From the NCBI GenBank assembly GCA_902634235.1, contig CACPJN010000003.1:25868-89867 (forward strand): DNA of 64,000 nt. Reading direction: 5' to 3'. The notes under the pieces were generated by a model. The model did no database searches and was not told the origin of the DNA. It saw nothing but the letters and a program-made list of their open reading frames with translations. This document shows positions 1 to 10,548 of the stretch, piece by piece. A program made the position numbers and the translations under genes. Origin of the DNA: an uncultured Pelagibacteraceae bacterium (GTDB lineage: Bacteria > Pseudomonadota > Alphaproteobacteria > Pelagibacterales > Pelagibacteraceae). Every line of letters starts with the position of its first letter. The stretch's first letter is position 1.

Positions 1-77
1 ATCAAATCTTTTGAAAAAGATTTTTTTATTTTCAATGGAGATATGATGTAAAGAAATTTCTTTTTATTATATCTCAA
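1..77 (-). CDS. thiE: Partial CDS (N-terminus), probably thiamine-phosphate synthase-like
   Basis: The minus frame from TTG at 77 reads (M)RYNKKKFLYIISPLKIKKSFSKDL and runs off the window. LYIISP resembles the ThiE first strand, and thiE often follows fba in alphaproteobacteria. Confidence 0.45.
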   Translation of the reverse strand, partial: MRYNKKKFLYIISPLKIKKSFSKDL

Positions 78-1074
78 GATCTTTAGACCATTTTCCTTGG
101 GCAGCTAATGTATTCATCTTTGCCCTGTGATTGAAAACTTTTTGGGTACCTTCAATATTTTGTGTATTTTTTGACCAAAATTTTAAAGCACTTTGTTGAA
201 GCGCCCTTCCATATGAATAACTCATTGTAAAATTTGTATCATTAAATTTATTGATTAAATTTAGATTTTCAGTAGCTTCGAATTCAGTTTGACCACCAGA
301 TAAAAAAGCTATCCCAGGGACTTCTGTAGGCACCGAATTTTTTAAACATTTTAAAGTTAATTTTGCCACTTCTGCATTTGATATTTTTTTATTTGAATTA
401 TCACCTGCTAAAATCATATTAGGTTTTAGAATGATTCCTGTTAAATCAACTTTATGCAAAATTAGTTCATCAAAGCACTTTTGAATTACCTCTGAAGTTT
501 TTTTATAACAATCTTCCGCTGAATGTTTACCATTCATTAATACTTCTGGCTCAACTATTGGAACCATATTACATTCTTGAACTAGAGCAGAATATCTTGC
601 TAATGCATGTGCATTAGACTGAATTGAGAGTTTACTTGGAAAATTATCATCAATAATATAAACACCTCTCCATTTTGTAAATTTAGCACCTAATTTATAA
701 TATTCTGTCAACCTATCTCTTAATCCGTCTAATCCCTCTGTAATTTTTTCTTTTGGAGAACCGGCTAAAACTTTAGCACCTGTATCAACTTTGATACCTG
801 GAACCGAACCCATTTTTGAAATCAATTCTGGAATTTTATTTTTTTTTGAGGTCTCTTGTCTGATTGTTTCATCATATAAAATTACACCCCCAATACACTC
901 TGTCATACTCGATGAACTAAAAAGAGTCTCTCTAAACAATAATCTATTTTTAGGAGTAGATTCAACACCCACATCATCTAATCTTTTGGTCATTGTTGAT
1001 GTACTCTCATCAGCAGCCAAAATTCCTTTTCCATTCTCTAAAATTTTGATTGCTACAGTATTTAATTCAGACAT
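67..1074 (-). CDS. fbaB: Fructose-bisphosphate aldolase class I
   Basis: GKGILAADES, VPIVEPEV, LKPNM (Schiff-base Lys), FLSGGQ and SYGRALQ motifs. Confidence 0.96.
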   Translation of the reverse strand: MSELNTVAIKILENGKGILAADESTSTMTKRLDDVGVESTPKNRLLFRETLFSSSSMTECIGGVILYDETIRQETSKKNKIPELISKMGSVPGIKVDTGAKVLAGSPKEKITEGLDGLRDRLTEYYKLGAKFTKWRGVYIIDDNFPSKLSIQSNAHALARYSALVQECNMVPIVEPEVLMNGKHSAEDCYKKTSEVIQKCFDELILHKVDLTGIILKPNMILAGDNSNKKISNAEVAKLTLKCLKNSVPTEVPGIAFLSGGQTEFEATENLNLINKFNDTNFTMSYSYGRALQQSALKFWSKNTQNIEGTQKVFNHRAKMNTLAAQGKWSKDLEI

Positions 1075-1075
1075 G

Positions 1076-2257
1076 TTATTTTAAAGCTTTTATACCAGGA
1101 AGTTCTTTTCCTTCAAGGAATTCTAAAAATGCACCACCAGCAGTTGAAACAAAGTTGAAATTGTTTAGAGCGTTAATTTGATTTATCACTGCTATTGTAT
1201 CTCCACCTCCAGCTACAGAATAAAGGCTATCCTTTTTATTTTTTTCGACAATTTTTTTTGCTATCTCAATACTACCTGTAGCAAAACATGGATTTTCAAA
1301 ATAACCTGCTGGACCATTCCATAAAATAGTTTTACTTTTTTCAATTATATCTTTAATTTTGTTTGTAGTTTTTGGCCCAATGTCTAAAATAAAATCGTCA
1401 TTTTTTACATTATTAAGTAATTTGATTTCACCTTTACCACTCATACTTTTTCCAACAACAACATCCTCTGGATATAAAATTTTGCATGAATATCTTTTTG
1501 CAGTTTCAAAAGTTTCCTCAATAAGTTTGTCAATGCTGCTCTCTTTTATGGATTTTCCTATTGGATGACCTTTATAATTTAAGAAATTATTAGCCATACC
1601 TCCTACGATTATTATGTTATCGAATTTTGTAATTAAATTCTTAATTATACTAATTTTAGTAGAAATTTTTGACCCTCCAATTATACAACTAATAGGTCTT
1701 TCAATTTCTGAAGTAACTTTCGTCAAAGCATCTATTTCCTTCTCTAATTGTAAGCCAGCATATGAGGGCAGAAATTCAGTAATTTTACTTATAGAAGCAT
1801 GTGCTCTGTGTGAACAAGAAAATGCATCATTTACAAATATGTCTGCAAGCTTTGATAAATTTTTGGAAAAATTACTGTCGTTTTTTTCTTCTTCATCATA
1901 AAATCTTATATTTTCCAAAAAAATAATTTGCTTATTTGAATTAATAAATAGATTTTCTTTTTTAAGATCTAAAATATTATCTTGTATTAAACTTATTTGT
2001 TGATTTAGTTTTTTTTCTAAGTTTTCACAAACAGGTTTTAAAGAAAGATCTTTTTTAATCTTGCCTTTTGGACGACCAATGTGTGAAACAACTAAAATCT
2101 TTGATTTTTTTTTTAATAAGAAATTCAGTATTGGCAGTATCTTATCAATTCTTGTTTGATCTAAAATCTCCCCATTTTTTATAGGAACATTTAAGTCAAG
2201 CCTTAACAAAACTATTTTTTTATTGAGGTTTTCTAGATCTTTAACGTACTTCATCAA
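1076..2257 (-). CDS. pgk: Phosphoglycerate kinase
   Basis: RLDLNVP, SHIGRP, LENIRF, NDAFSCSHRAHAS, GGGDT and STAGGAFLEFLEGKELPG motifs. Confidence 0.97.
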   Translation of the reverse strand: MMKYVKDLENLNKKIVLLRLDLNVPIKNGEILDQTRIDKILPILNFLLKKKSKILVVSHIGRPKGKIKKDLSLKPVCENLEKKLNQQISLIQDNILDLKKENLFINSNKQIIFLENIRFYDEEEKNDSNFSKNLSKLADIFVNDAFSCSHRAHASISKITEFLPSYAGLQLEKEIDALTKVTSEIERPISCIIGGSKISTKISIIKNLITKFDNIIIVGGMANNFLNYKGHPIGKSIKESSIDKLIEETFETAKRYSCKILYPEDVVVGKSMSGKGEIKLLNNVKNDDFILDIGPKTTNKIKDIIEKSKTILWNGPAGYFENPCFATGSIEIAKKIVEKNKKDSLYSVAGGGDTIAVINQINALNNFNFVSTAGGAFLEFLEGKELPGIKALK

Positions 2258-3255
2258 GAAATTTTGTGAATATATTCTACTATATCACACATTCTATTTG
2301 AAAAACCCCACTCATTATCATACCAAGCAGAAATTTTACCCATATTTTTTCCAACCACATTTGTTAAAGTTGCATCAATTATTGACGAAGCGGGGTTGTG
2401 GTTAAAGTCTATTGATACGAGCTTATCTCGGGTTATTTCAAGTATTTTGTTTTTTTTGCTAAATTTTTCAAATGCTGAATTAATTTTTTTAATATTTAAT
2501 TCTTTTTTTGTGCAAAAAACAAATTCAATTAAAGAGACATTTGGAGTGGGTACCCTCATTGCTATACCTTCTAATTTTCCCTTAAGGGATGGTATAATTT
2601 CGCCTATTGATTTTGATGCACCGGTTGAAGTTGGAACAATAGATTGGCTCGCTGACCGAGCCCTTCTAGGATCTTTATGGGAATTATCCAAGATTCTTTG
2701 ATCGCTTGTAAAAGAATGTATCGTAGTCATAAAACCTTTTTCGATATTAAAGTTCTCGTTTAATACAAAAGCAACTGGGGCTAGACAATTAGTTGTACAT
2801 GATGCAGCTGAAATTATTTTATCGTTTTTTATTAGCCTTGAGTCATTAACTCCAAACACAATAGTTTTATCAGCATCTATACAAGGAGCTGAAACAATTA
2901 CCTTTTTAGCTCCATTTCTTAAGTGAGGCTGAAGTTTATATTTAGAATTAAATTTTCCTGTACATTCAAAAACATAATCTACATTATATTTTTTCCAATC
3001 AATTTTTTTTAAATCTGTTTCTTCACTAAAAGTAATTTTATTTCTATTAATTATTAAATGTTTTCTGTCATAATTAATATCTGCATCGAATTTACCATGA
3101 ACTGAATCATATTTCAGAAGCGATGAGCAAACTTCAGAATTAGTTCTATTGTTAATATGTTTAATTTCAATTTTTTTATTATTCCTTTCAATTATAGATC
3201 GTAATATCATTCTTCCTATTCTACCCATACCATTTATGCCTACTTTAATTTTCAT
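2254..3255 (-). CDS. gap: Glyceraldehyde-3-phosphate dehydrogenase type I (NADP-type cofactor signature)
   Basis: [27 protein letters not shown] and [11 protein letters not shown] motifs. Confidence 0.95.
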   Translation of the reverse strand: MKIKVGINGMGRIGRMILRSIIERNNKKIEIKHINNRTNSEVCSSLLKYDSVHGKFDADINYDRKHLIINRNKITFSEETDLKKIDWKKYNVDYVFECTGKFNSKYKLQPHLRNGAKKVIVSAPCIDADKTIVFGVNDSRLIKNDKIISAASCTTNCLAPVAFVLNENFNIEKGFMTTIHSFTSDQRILDNSHKDPRRARSASQSIVPTSTGASKSIGEIIPSLKGKLEGIAMRVPTPNVSLIEFVFCTKKELNIKKINSAFEKFSKKNKILEITRDKLVSIDFNHNPASSIIDATLTNVVGKNMGKISAWYDNEWGFSNRMCDIVEYIHKIS

Positions 3256-5189
3256 AATTTTTCTTTTATCTTTTTAATTATACTCTCCACACTTAGTTCA
3301 AAGTGATTATAAATTTCCTTATATGGAGCACTTTTTCCAAAATCATTAATCCCAAAATTTAGTCCGCTTGTACCAGTATATTTTTTCCAATAATCAGTTT
3401 CGGAGGCCTCTATAGATACAACTAGCTCAGTTTCTGTTAAAATTTTATTTTTATAATCTTTACTTTGTTGATCAAATAATTCCTGACATGGCATGGATAT
3501 TACTTTTGAGTAAATACTTTCTGTGGCTAATTTATGACTTATGTCACAAGTTAAACTTGTTTCTGAACCAGAGGATATTAATGTTATTTTGATATCATTT
3601 CCGGTTCTTAAAACTTCGTATGCTCCTAAAGATGACTTATTTTCTGAGGTATTTTTTAATCTAATTGGTTTTATTCCCTGTCTTGTCAGAGCTATTACAC
3701 TTGGAGCATTTTCACTTTCTAGAGCTTTTTGCCAACATTCAAACGTTTCAATAAAGTCTGCTGGTCTAAAAACATTTAAGTTTGGAATTGATCTAAGACT
3801 TGTGAGCTGTTCAATTGGTTGGTGAGTTGGGCCATCTTCACCAAGTCCTATAGAGTCATGTGTAAAAACATATATTACTCTTTGTTTCATCATAGCAGCT
3901 AATCTAATTGATGGTTTACAATAATCACTAAAGATTAAAAAAGTTCCTCCGTAAGGTATTAAACCACTATGAAGGGATATACCGTTCATAATTCCACACA
4001 TAGCATGCTCTCTTACTCCATAATGAATGTAATTCCCTGAAAAATTATTTGGTTTGATTATTTTATGATTTTTAGTTTTTGTATTATTTGATCCTGCTAA
4101 GTCAGCAGATCCACCTATTAAATATGGAAGCTTAGTTGCAATTTCTAAAAATTTTTCTGAGCATTTTCTTGTTGCTATTGGCTCTAAGGTTTTAAGATAC
4201 TCTATCTTTGTTTTTTCAATAGAATCATTAATAGTATTTTTATATATTCTATAATTACTTGGAAATTTTTTTTTTATTTTATTTGCTTTCCGCGACGCTT
4301 TTTGTCCAATCGAATTCCACTCGTTTATCAAATCTTTAGGAATTTCAAAAGGTTTATAATTCCAGTTCAATTTTTTCCTTACTAATTTAATTTCTTCTTC
4401 ACCTAGTGGACTACCATGGGATGAAGCCTGCCCACTTTTGTTTGGAGATCCGTAGCCAATTGTAGTTTTACATGATATTGCAACAGGTTTTTTTGATTTT
4501 TGTGCTTTTTTTAAAGCTTTTGATATTTCCTTAAAATTATGTCCATTAATATTTATAAAATTCCAACCATAGCTCTCAAATCTTTTCTCATGGTCATCTG
4601 AAACAGCTAAACTAGTTGGACCGTCAATTGAAATAGAATTATTATCAAAAAGTAGTATCAGATTTTTAAGTCTTAAGTGACCCGCAAGGCTAAGTGCCTC
4701 ATGGCTTATACCCTCCATTAAACAACCATCGCCAGCTAAGACATAAGTTTTATGGTTAATAATTTTTTTTCCTAACTGTTTTTTTAAAATTTCTTCAGAT
4801 ATCGCAAAACCAACTGCATTAGATATACCCTGTCCCAATGGACCAGTTGTAGTCTCTATACCAGTATTTTCATGATACTCTGGGTGACCAGCACAAATAG
4901 AGTTCAGTTGTCTAAAATTTTTAATATCCTTTAATGAAACACTTTGATATCCAGTTAAGTAAAGGAGCGAATAAAGCAACATAGATCCGTGTCCAGCCGA
5001 TAAAACAAATCTATCTCTGTTTATCCAATCTGGATTTTTTGGATCAAAATTTAGAAAATCCTTAAAAAGAACTGTTGCAACATCTGCCATACCCATTGGC
5101 ATACCAGGGTGACCAGAGTTTGCTTTTTGAACAGCATCGATAGACAAAAATCTAATGCAATTAGCTAATTCCTTATATAGTTTGCTCAA
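3252..5189 (-). CDS. tkt: Transketolase
   Basis: [36 protein letters not shown] and GEDGPTHQP motifs. Confidence 0.97.
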   Translation of the reverse strand: MSKLYKELANCIRFLSIDAVQKANSGHPGMPMGMADVATVLFKDFLNFDPKNPDWINRDRFVLSAGHGSMLLYSLLYLTGYQSVSLKDIKNFRQLNSICAGHPEYHENTGIETTTGPLGQGISNAVGFAISEEILKKQLGKKIINHKTYVLAGDGCLMEGISHEALSLAGHLRLKNLILLFDNNSISIDGPTSLAVSDDHEKRFESYGWNFININGHNFKEISKALKKAQKSKKPVAISCKTTIGYGSPNKSGQASSHGSPLGEEEIKLVRKKLNWNYKPFEIPKDLINEWNSIGQKASRKANKIKKKFPSNYRIYKNTINDSIEKTKIEYLKTLEPIATRKCSEKFLEIATKLPYLIGGSADLAGSNNTKTKNHKIIKPNNFSGNYIHYGVREHAMCGIMNGISLHSGLIPYGGTFLIFSDYCKPSIRLAAMMKQRVIYVFTHDSIGLGEDGPTHQPIEQLTSLRSIPNLNVFRPADFIETFECWQKALESENAPSVIALTRQGIKPIRLKNTSENKSSLGAYEVLRTGNDIKITLISSGSETSLTCDISHKLATESIYSKVISMPCQELFDQQSKDYKNKILTETELVVSIEASETDYWKKYTGTSGLNFGINDFGKSAPYKEIYNHFELSVESIIKKIKEKL

Positions 5190-5242
5190 AATTATCCTGT
5201 CTAGACTTAGAAGATTCTATTTAATAATATGTTTATATATAT

Positions 5243-5566
5243 ATGAATTCTGTAAACGAAAAAGAAAAAAAATTGTATTCTGCACTGACTAAATTAAAAA
5301 ATCTTAACTTAAAAAATCCAGATATAAAAAAAAACTTAGAAAATTTAACTAATCAGAAAAATCAATTAAAGATTGAAAAACAAGAATTAGAGATAAAATG
5401 TAATTCATTGGAGCATGATTGTAAAAATCTAAGTAAAAAATTAGAGGAGATGAAAAATAAAGAAATTATTGACCAAAGAAAACAATTGGAATTTTCAGAG
5501 AAAATTGATGAATTAAATCAAGAAACAGATAATTTATTAAACGATATAGAAAAATGGCAAACGTAA
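5243..5566 (+). CDS. Coiled-coil protein upstream of zapA (ZauP/ZapB-like by position)
   Basis: 107 aa, heptad-rich, overlaps the zapA start. Confidence 0.6.
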   Translation: MNSVNEKEKKLYSALTKLKNLNLKNPDIKKNLENLTNQKNQLKIEKQELEIKCNSLEHDCKNLSKKLEEMKNKEIIDQRKQLEFSEKIDELNQETDNLLNDIEKWQT

Positions 5567-5997
5567 GTATTAAATTTAATGGAAAAGAATTTTTACTATC
5601 CTGTGATGATGGTCAAGAGGAACATTTAGAGGAATTACTTATACAAATAAATCAAAAATTTAATAACATAAAAAATGAGCTTGGAAATCTTGGAGAAAAT
5701 AAACTTTTGTTAATCACTGCTGTAAAAGTAATGGATGAGTATTATGAAACAAAGAAAAAAGTAGAGCAAAAAAAAGAAGAATTAAAAAATTTAACAATTA
5801 AATTTAAAGAACTTAAATCTTTAATATACGATTATAGAGATAAAAAAGAGGAAGAAATTAGAGACTTAAACAATGACCATTTTAAACTTAAAAATGAAAT
5901 TGAAATGAATCAAAAAAATTATGAAAAATTAATTGATGAAGCTGCTAATGAAATTTCAAGCTTTGTTGAAAAAGCAAATTTAGAAAATTTATCTTAA
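5554..5997 (+). CDS. zapA: Cell division protein ZapA with a long C-terminal coiled coil
   Basis: MANVSIKFNGKEFLLSCDDGQEEHL matches the alphaproteobacterial ZapA N-terminus; tkt-zapA-fau synteny. Confidence 0.85.
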   Translation: MANVSIKFNGKEFLLSCDDGQEEHLEELLIQINQKFNNIKNELGNLGENKLLLITAVKVMDEYYETKKKVEQKKEELKNLTIKFKELKSLIYDYRDKKEEEIRDLNNDHFKLKNEIEMNQKNYEKLIDEAANEISSFVEKANLENLS

Positions 5998-6006
5998 TTT
6001 AATCTC

Positions 6007-6543
6007 GTGAATAAATCTGAAATAAGGAAAAAAATATTAAAGATTAGGAAAAAAAAGCATATTAAAAATCAAAAAATTAGTTTTAAAGAAATAATTAATA
6101 TTTTAAAAAAAAATAATATTAAAAAAAGAATAATAGGTGGATATTATCCGTATAATTATGAGATCGATACGATTCATATTTTAGAGAAATTTGAAAAAAA
6201 AAAATATAGAATTTCGTTACCCAAGATAAGAAAAAATTCTCAAATGGATTTTTTTCAATGGTCATTAAACGATCCTTTGATTATAAATAATTATGGAATA
6301 CCAGAACCGATATCTAATAAAATTCAATACCCTAACATTTTATTGGTGCCTCTGGTGGCTTATGATAGAGATTTAAATAGATTAGGTTATGGTGGTGGAT
6401 TTTATGATAGATATATTAAAAAGATTAGAAAAAAAAAAGATGTTGTAACAATTGGATTTTCATATTCTTTTCAAAAAATAAAACAAATTAAAATAAACAA
6501 ACATGATATTAAGCTTGATTTTGTATTAACTAATAAAAAATAA
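6007..6543 (+). CDS. fau: 5-formyltetrahydrofolate cyclo-ligase
   Basis: YGIPEP, LVPLVAYD, RLGYGGGFYDR and HDIKLD motifs. Confidence 0.93.
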   Translation: MNKSEIRKKILKIRKKKHIKNQKISFKEIINILKKNNIKKRIIGGYYPYNYEIDTIHILEKFEKKKYRISLPKIRKNSQMDFFQWSLNDPLIINNYGIPEPISNKIQYPNILLVPLVAYDRDLNRLGYGGGFYDRYIKKIRKKKDVVTIGFSYSFQKIKQIKINKHDIKLDFVLTNKK

Positions 6544-7350
6544 ATGAAAGTATTATTTTTAGGAGATGTTGTTGGAAGTTCCGGTTACTCAAAGATTGTA
6601 AACGATCTTAATGACCAAAAGAAAAAAAATAAAATTGATTTTGTAGTAGTCAATGCAGAAAATGCGGCCAAAGAGGGAGTAGGTCTAACTAAAGAAATTT
6701 GTGAAGAATTCTTTAGTTGTGGAGTTGATGTTATTACAACCGGAAATCATGTTTGGGATCAAAAAGAGATCATGACTTTTATTGATAAAGAAAAAAGGTT
6801 ACTTCGTCCAAAGAATTTATTTGAACCTGCACCTGGTAAAGGTTTCGAAATTTATACAACTGCAGAAAAAGTAAAAATTGGAGTTTTAAATTTAATGGGA
6901 AATGTGTTTATGAAAAAATGTGATGATGTTTTTGAAACCTCAAATAGATTTATCAAAGAGCATCACCTTAAAGAAGATTATGATATTTTAGTTGTAGATT
7001 TTCATGGGGAAATCACAAGCGAAAAAAACGCAATAGGACATTTCTTTGATGGCAAAGCAACACTTGTAGTAGGGACTCATACGCATATACCAACTAATGA
7101 TGCAAGAATTTTAAAAAATGGGACTGCTTATCAGACGGATGCAGGCATGTGTGGTGATTATGACTCAGTTATTGGAATGGATAAAGAAAACTCATTAAAT
7201 AGATTTATGAAAAAAGATTCTGTTAAACATTTTCCATCAAATGGTGAAGCAAGTTTGAGTGGTGTTATTGTAGAGTGTAATTTAGAAAATGGTTTAGCTC
7301 ATAAAGTTAATAGTTATATTTTTGGAGGTCAATTAAATAACAATAAATAG
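6544..7350 (+). CDS. ymdB: YmdB-family metallophosphoesterase
   Basis: GDVVG, NAEN, TTGNHVWD, VDFHGEITSEK and GTHTHIPTND motifs. Confidence 0.92.
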   Translation: MKVLFLGDVVGSSGYSKIVNDLNDQKKKNKIDFVVVNAENAAKEGVGLTKEICEEFFSCGVDVITTGNHVWDQKEIMTFIDKEKRLLRPKNLFEPAPGKGFEIYTTAEKVKIGVLNLMGNVFMKKCDDVFETSNRFIKEHHLKEDYDILVVDFHGEITSEKNAIGHFFDGKATLVVGTHTHIPTNDARILKNGTAYQTDAGMCGDYDSVIGMDKENSLNRFMKKDSVKHFPSNGEASLSGVIVECNLENGLAHKVNSYIFGGQLNNNK

Positions 7351-7359
7351 ATATAATTT

Positions 7360-8082
7360 ATGGCAGGACACTCTCATTGGGCAGGAATTAAACATAAGAA
7401 GGGAAAAGCAGACAAACGAAGATCTAAGATTTTTTCAAAATTATCTAAAGAAATTACCGTTGCTGCAAAGCTTGGGGATAAAAATCCTGAAATGAATCCA
7501 AGATTAAGGTCAGCCATTCAAGCAGCAAGATCAGCCAATATGCCAAAAGATAATATTGATAGAGCAATCAACAAGTCATCAATTAATGATGGGGCAAATT
7601 TTGAAAGTTTTAGATATGAGGGTTTTGGACCTGATAAGATAGCTGTTATTGTAGAAGCCCTAACAGATAACAAAAATAGAACCGCTTCAAATGTTAGAAC
7701 TATTTTTCAAAAAGCTGGAGGTAGTCTTGGAACCCAAGGTTCGGCCTCTCATAATTTTAAACAAGTGGGAGTAGTAAAAATTGATAAACAAGAGATAACC
7801 GATGAGCGTATTTTTGAATTAGCTATTGAAGCAGGTGCAGATGAGTGTAAAACAAACATTGATTTTCATGAAATACATTGTTCAATTGATAAAATTTATG
7901 ATGTTAAAAAAGATCTTGAGAGAGAAATAAAAAACTTTATTTCAACAGAAATTGAATGGATACCTATCAATTGCATTGAAGTATCTAAAAAAAGAAATGA
8001 GGGTTTATTAAATTTTTTTAATACATTAGAAGAAGATGATGATGTGCAAAATATTTACACAAATGCACAATTTGTTGAATAA
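7360..8082 (+). CDS. yebC: YebC/PmpR family protein
   Basis: MAGHSHWAGIKHKK, NPRLR, YEGFGP, LTDNKNRT and EEDDDVQNIY motifs. Confidence 0.95.
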   Translation: MAGHSHWAGIKHKKGKADKRRSKIFSKLSKEITVAAKLGDKNPEMNPRLRSAIQAARSANMPKDNIDRAINKSSINDGANFESFRYEGFGPDKIAVIVEALTDNKNRTASNVRTIFQKAGGSLGTQGSASHNFKQVGVVKIDKQEITDERIFELAIEAGADECKTNIDFHEIHCSIDKIYDVKKDLEREIKNFISTEIEWIPINCIEVSKKRNEGLLNFFNTLEEDDDVQNIYTNAQFVE

Positions 8083-8085
8083 ACT

Positions 8086-8580
8086 ATGTTGATAATTGGA
8101 ATAGACCCTGGTATTTCCGGCTCGATTTGTTTTTTATTAGATGGTAAAATTCTTGAGGTTCTTGAGATGCCAACTATGGCTGAAGGGAAAAAAAATAAAA
8201 AACAAATAAATGGCTCACAGATATATAATGAAATTAATAGAGTAATTAATAAAATTCAAAATCAAGAAGTAAGAGTAGTTATTGAGCAAGTTTCAGCAAT
8301 GCCTGGACAAGGGGTAACTAGTATGTTTAATTTTGGTCAATCTTTTGGAATTTTGAAAGGAATCTGTTCAGCAATGAAATTACCCATGTATTTTGTTAGA
8401 CCAGCGAAATGGAAAAAATATTTCAATTTGATTAATTCCCAAAAGGATGCAAGTAGGACAAAAGCAATCGAAATATTTCCTTATTTTTCTCAAGAATTGT
8501 CAAAAAAAAAGGATGCTAACAAAGCAGATGCTATTTTAATTGCTAGTTTTTATAATGAAACTCATAAAATATACAGTTAA
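8086..8580 (+). CDS. ruvC: RuvC-superfamily Holliday junction resolvase, MOC1/phage-like subtype
   Basis: IIGIDPG, VIEQVSAMPGQGVTSMFNFG, PAKWKK and KKDANKADAILIA; sits at the ruvC position after yebC. Confidence 0.8.
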   Translation: MLIIGIDPGISGSICFLLDGKILEVLEMPTMAEGKKNKKQINGSQIYNEINRVINKIQNQEVRVVIEQVSAMPGQGVTSMFNFGQSFGILKGICSAMKLPMYFVRPAKWKKYFNLINSQKDASRTKAIEIFPYFSQELSKKKDANKADAILIASFYNETHKIYS

Positions 8581-8631
8581 ATCAAAAATATAAAGTCAAA
8601 ATCATGACACAATTAAGTGTGAGAAGGCATT

Positions 8632-9306
8632 ATGGAAGCTGATATATCATCTCAAGCGGTAGGTTTGGCATCGAACACCGATTTCTCTCTTTTAAGTTTG
8701 TTTATTAGGGCAGATATCATTGTTAAATCAGTAATAATCATATTAATCGTTTGTTCAGTTTACTCGTGGGCTGTGATAATAGAAAAATTTAGATTATTCA
8801 AAAAAATTAATCAAACCACAGAAGAATTTGAGACAAAATTTTGGAATTCTAAATCAGCAGAGTCTTTTTATAACAATCTTCCATCTAGTACAGAAGATCC
8901 AATGGCATTAGTTTTTAAAGATGCTATGCAAAATTTGTTAAAAAGAAGATCAAAAAGTGACTTGCACGAAAGAATGACAACAATGTTAGAAACAGGAATA
9001 GAAAAGCAAATGTCAAAAATTAGCAAAGGTTATACTTTTCTAGCAACCGTTGGATCAACAGCGCCTTTTATTGGTTTATTCGGAACTGTTTGGGGGATAA
9101 TGAATTCTTTCCAATCAATAGCAATTTCAAGAAATACAAGTTTGGCGATTGTAGCACCAGGTATTGCAGAGGCTTTATTTGCAACAGCTTTAGGACTACT
9201 AGCTGCAATACCTGCTGTTATTGCTTATAACAAATTTAATAATGACTCGATTTTATATTCAAAAAGATTAGAAAACTTTTCAAAGAGATTTTTAACAATA
9301 ATTTAA
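8632..9306 (+). CDS. tolQ: Tol-Pal protein TolQ
   Basis: LATVGSTAPFIGLFGTVWGIM and APGIAEALFATALGL motifs. Confidence 0.95.
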   Translation: MEADISSQAVGLASNTDFSLLSLFIRADIIVKSVIIILIVCSVYSWAVIIEKFRLFKKINQTTEEFETKFWNSKSAESFYNNLPSSTEDPMALVFKDAMQNLLKRRSKSDLHERMTTMLETGIEKQMSKISKGYTFLATVGSTAPFIGLFGTVWGIMNSFQSIAISRNTSLAIVAPGIAEALFATALGLLAAIPAVIAYNKFNNDSILYSKRLENFSKRFLTII

Positions 9307-9723
9307 ATGGCTTTTAAACCTAATCGTTTATCAAGAGAACCAATGAGTGAAATAAATGTTACACCATTTGTCGATGTTATGTTGGTCCTTTTAATTATTT
9401 TCATGGTTACAGCACCCTTATTAACTGTAGGAGTGCAAGTAGATTTACCAGAGAGTTCTGCCGACTCTCTACCTGAGGAGGCTGAACCTCTTACACTAAC
9501 GATTAACTCAAAAGGTGAGATTTTTATACAAGAGTCAAAAGTTGAATATGAGAAAATTATTGCAAAAGTTCTGGCGGTTTCCAAAAATAGAACTGATACA
9601 AGAATTTATGTAAGAGGAGATAAGACAATTAATTATGGCAGAGTGCTTGAAATAATGGGCTTACTATCAGGATCTGGTTTTACAAAAGTTGCACTTATAT
9701 CAGAACCTTATAAAGAAAGGTAA
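9307..9723 (+). CDS. tolR: Tol-Pal protein TolR
   Basis: SEINVTPFVDVMLVLLIIFMVTAP motif. Confidence 0.95.
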   Translation: MAFKPNRLSREPMSEINVTPFVDVMLVLLIIFMVTAPLLTVGVQVDLPESSADSLPEEAEPLTLTINSKGEIFIQESKVEYEKIIAKVLAVSKNRTDTRIYVRGDKTINYGRVLEIMGLLSGSGFTKVALISEPYKER

Positions 9724-9729
9724 ATAGGA

Positions 9730-10539
9730 GTGAATAGAAGTCTGCTTATTTCTTCTGGTCTTCATATATTTTTTATTTTAATTACAGCAATGAGCCTTCC
9801 TTTTTTAGCTAAAAAACCAATAGATCTTCCACCAATCGTCTCAATAGAGCTTATACAGATCACCGATAAAACAAACATACCTTTTGCACCAAAGGCAAAA
9901 AAAATAATAGAGAAGATAAAAGAAAAAGAGAAAAAACTAGTATCAGAACAGGCACCACCAAAAAAAGTTAAAAAAATAAAACCAGACGCAGTACCGATGC
10001 CAGAGGATAAAACTAAAAAAGTTGAGAAGATTAAAGAAGATAAACAAAACCCTGAAAAAATAGACAATGAAGTAAAACAAGTTTCAGAATTTGAGAAGAA
10101 AGAGTTATTTGATCCAAATAATATTGCAGCATTAATAGATAAATCAAAAGTGGAGAAAGCTGAAACAACAATAACAACCGATAAAATTTCCCAAGATCAA
10201 CAAAAAAATGTTGATCTATCTGGCTTGTCTTTAAGTGAGGAAGATGCTCTTAAAGCTCAAATATTTGGATGTTGGAGTATACCACTGGGCTTACCGTACA
10301 ATGAAAATTTGTTAGTTAGAATAAAATTGCAATTAAATCCTGATGGTACTGTAGTACAATCAGAAATATTAGATCATGCTAGAATGAATAAACCTGGACA
10401 AGGTTTTTATAAAGTTTTAGCAGAAAGTGCATTAAGAGCTATAAAATTGTGCCAGCCCTTAAGAGTTCCTACAACTGGTTATGAGAGGTGGAAAGAATTA
10501 CAACTTAATTTTGATGCAAGAGAGATGCTAGAAGGATAA
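9730..10539 (+). CDS. tolA: TolA-like protein
   Basis: N-terminal TM with SxxxH, K/E/P-rich linker, TonB_C-like CW...AESALRAI...CQPL; lies between tolR and tolB. Confidence 0.85.
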   Translation: MNRSLLISSGLHIFFILITAMSLPFLAKKPIDLPPIVSIELIQITDKTNIPFAPKAKKIIEKIKEKEKKLVSEQAPPKKVKKIKPDAVPMPEDKTKKVEKIKEDKQNPEKIDNEVKQVSEFEKKELFDPNNIAALIDKSKVEKAETTITTDKISQDQQKNVDLSGLSLSEEDALKAQIFGCWSIPLGLPYNENLLVRIKLQLNPDGTVVQSEILDHARMNKPGQGFYKVLAESALRAIKLCQPLRVPTTGYERWKELQLNFDAREMLEG

Positions 10540-10548
10540 TATATTTAA

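Noticed and set aside
6040-6545. Long poly-A/poly-T runs as phase-variation or frameshift sites
   Set aside because: Such runs are ubiquitous, reflect Lys/Phe codons in an AT-rich genome, and the reading frames remain intact.
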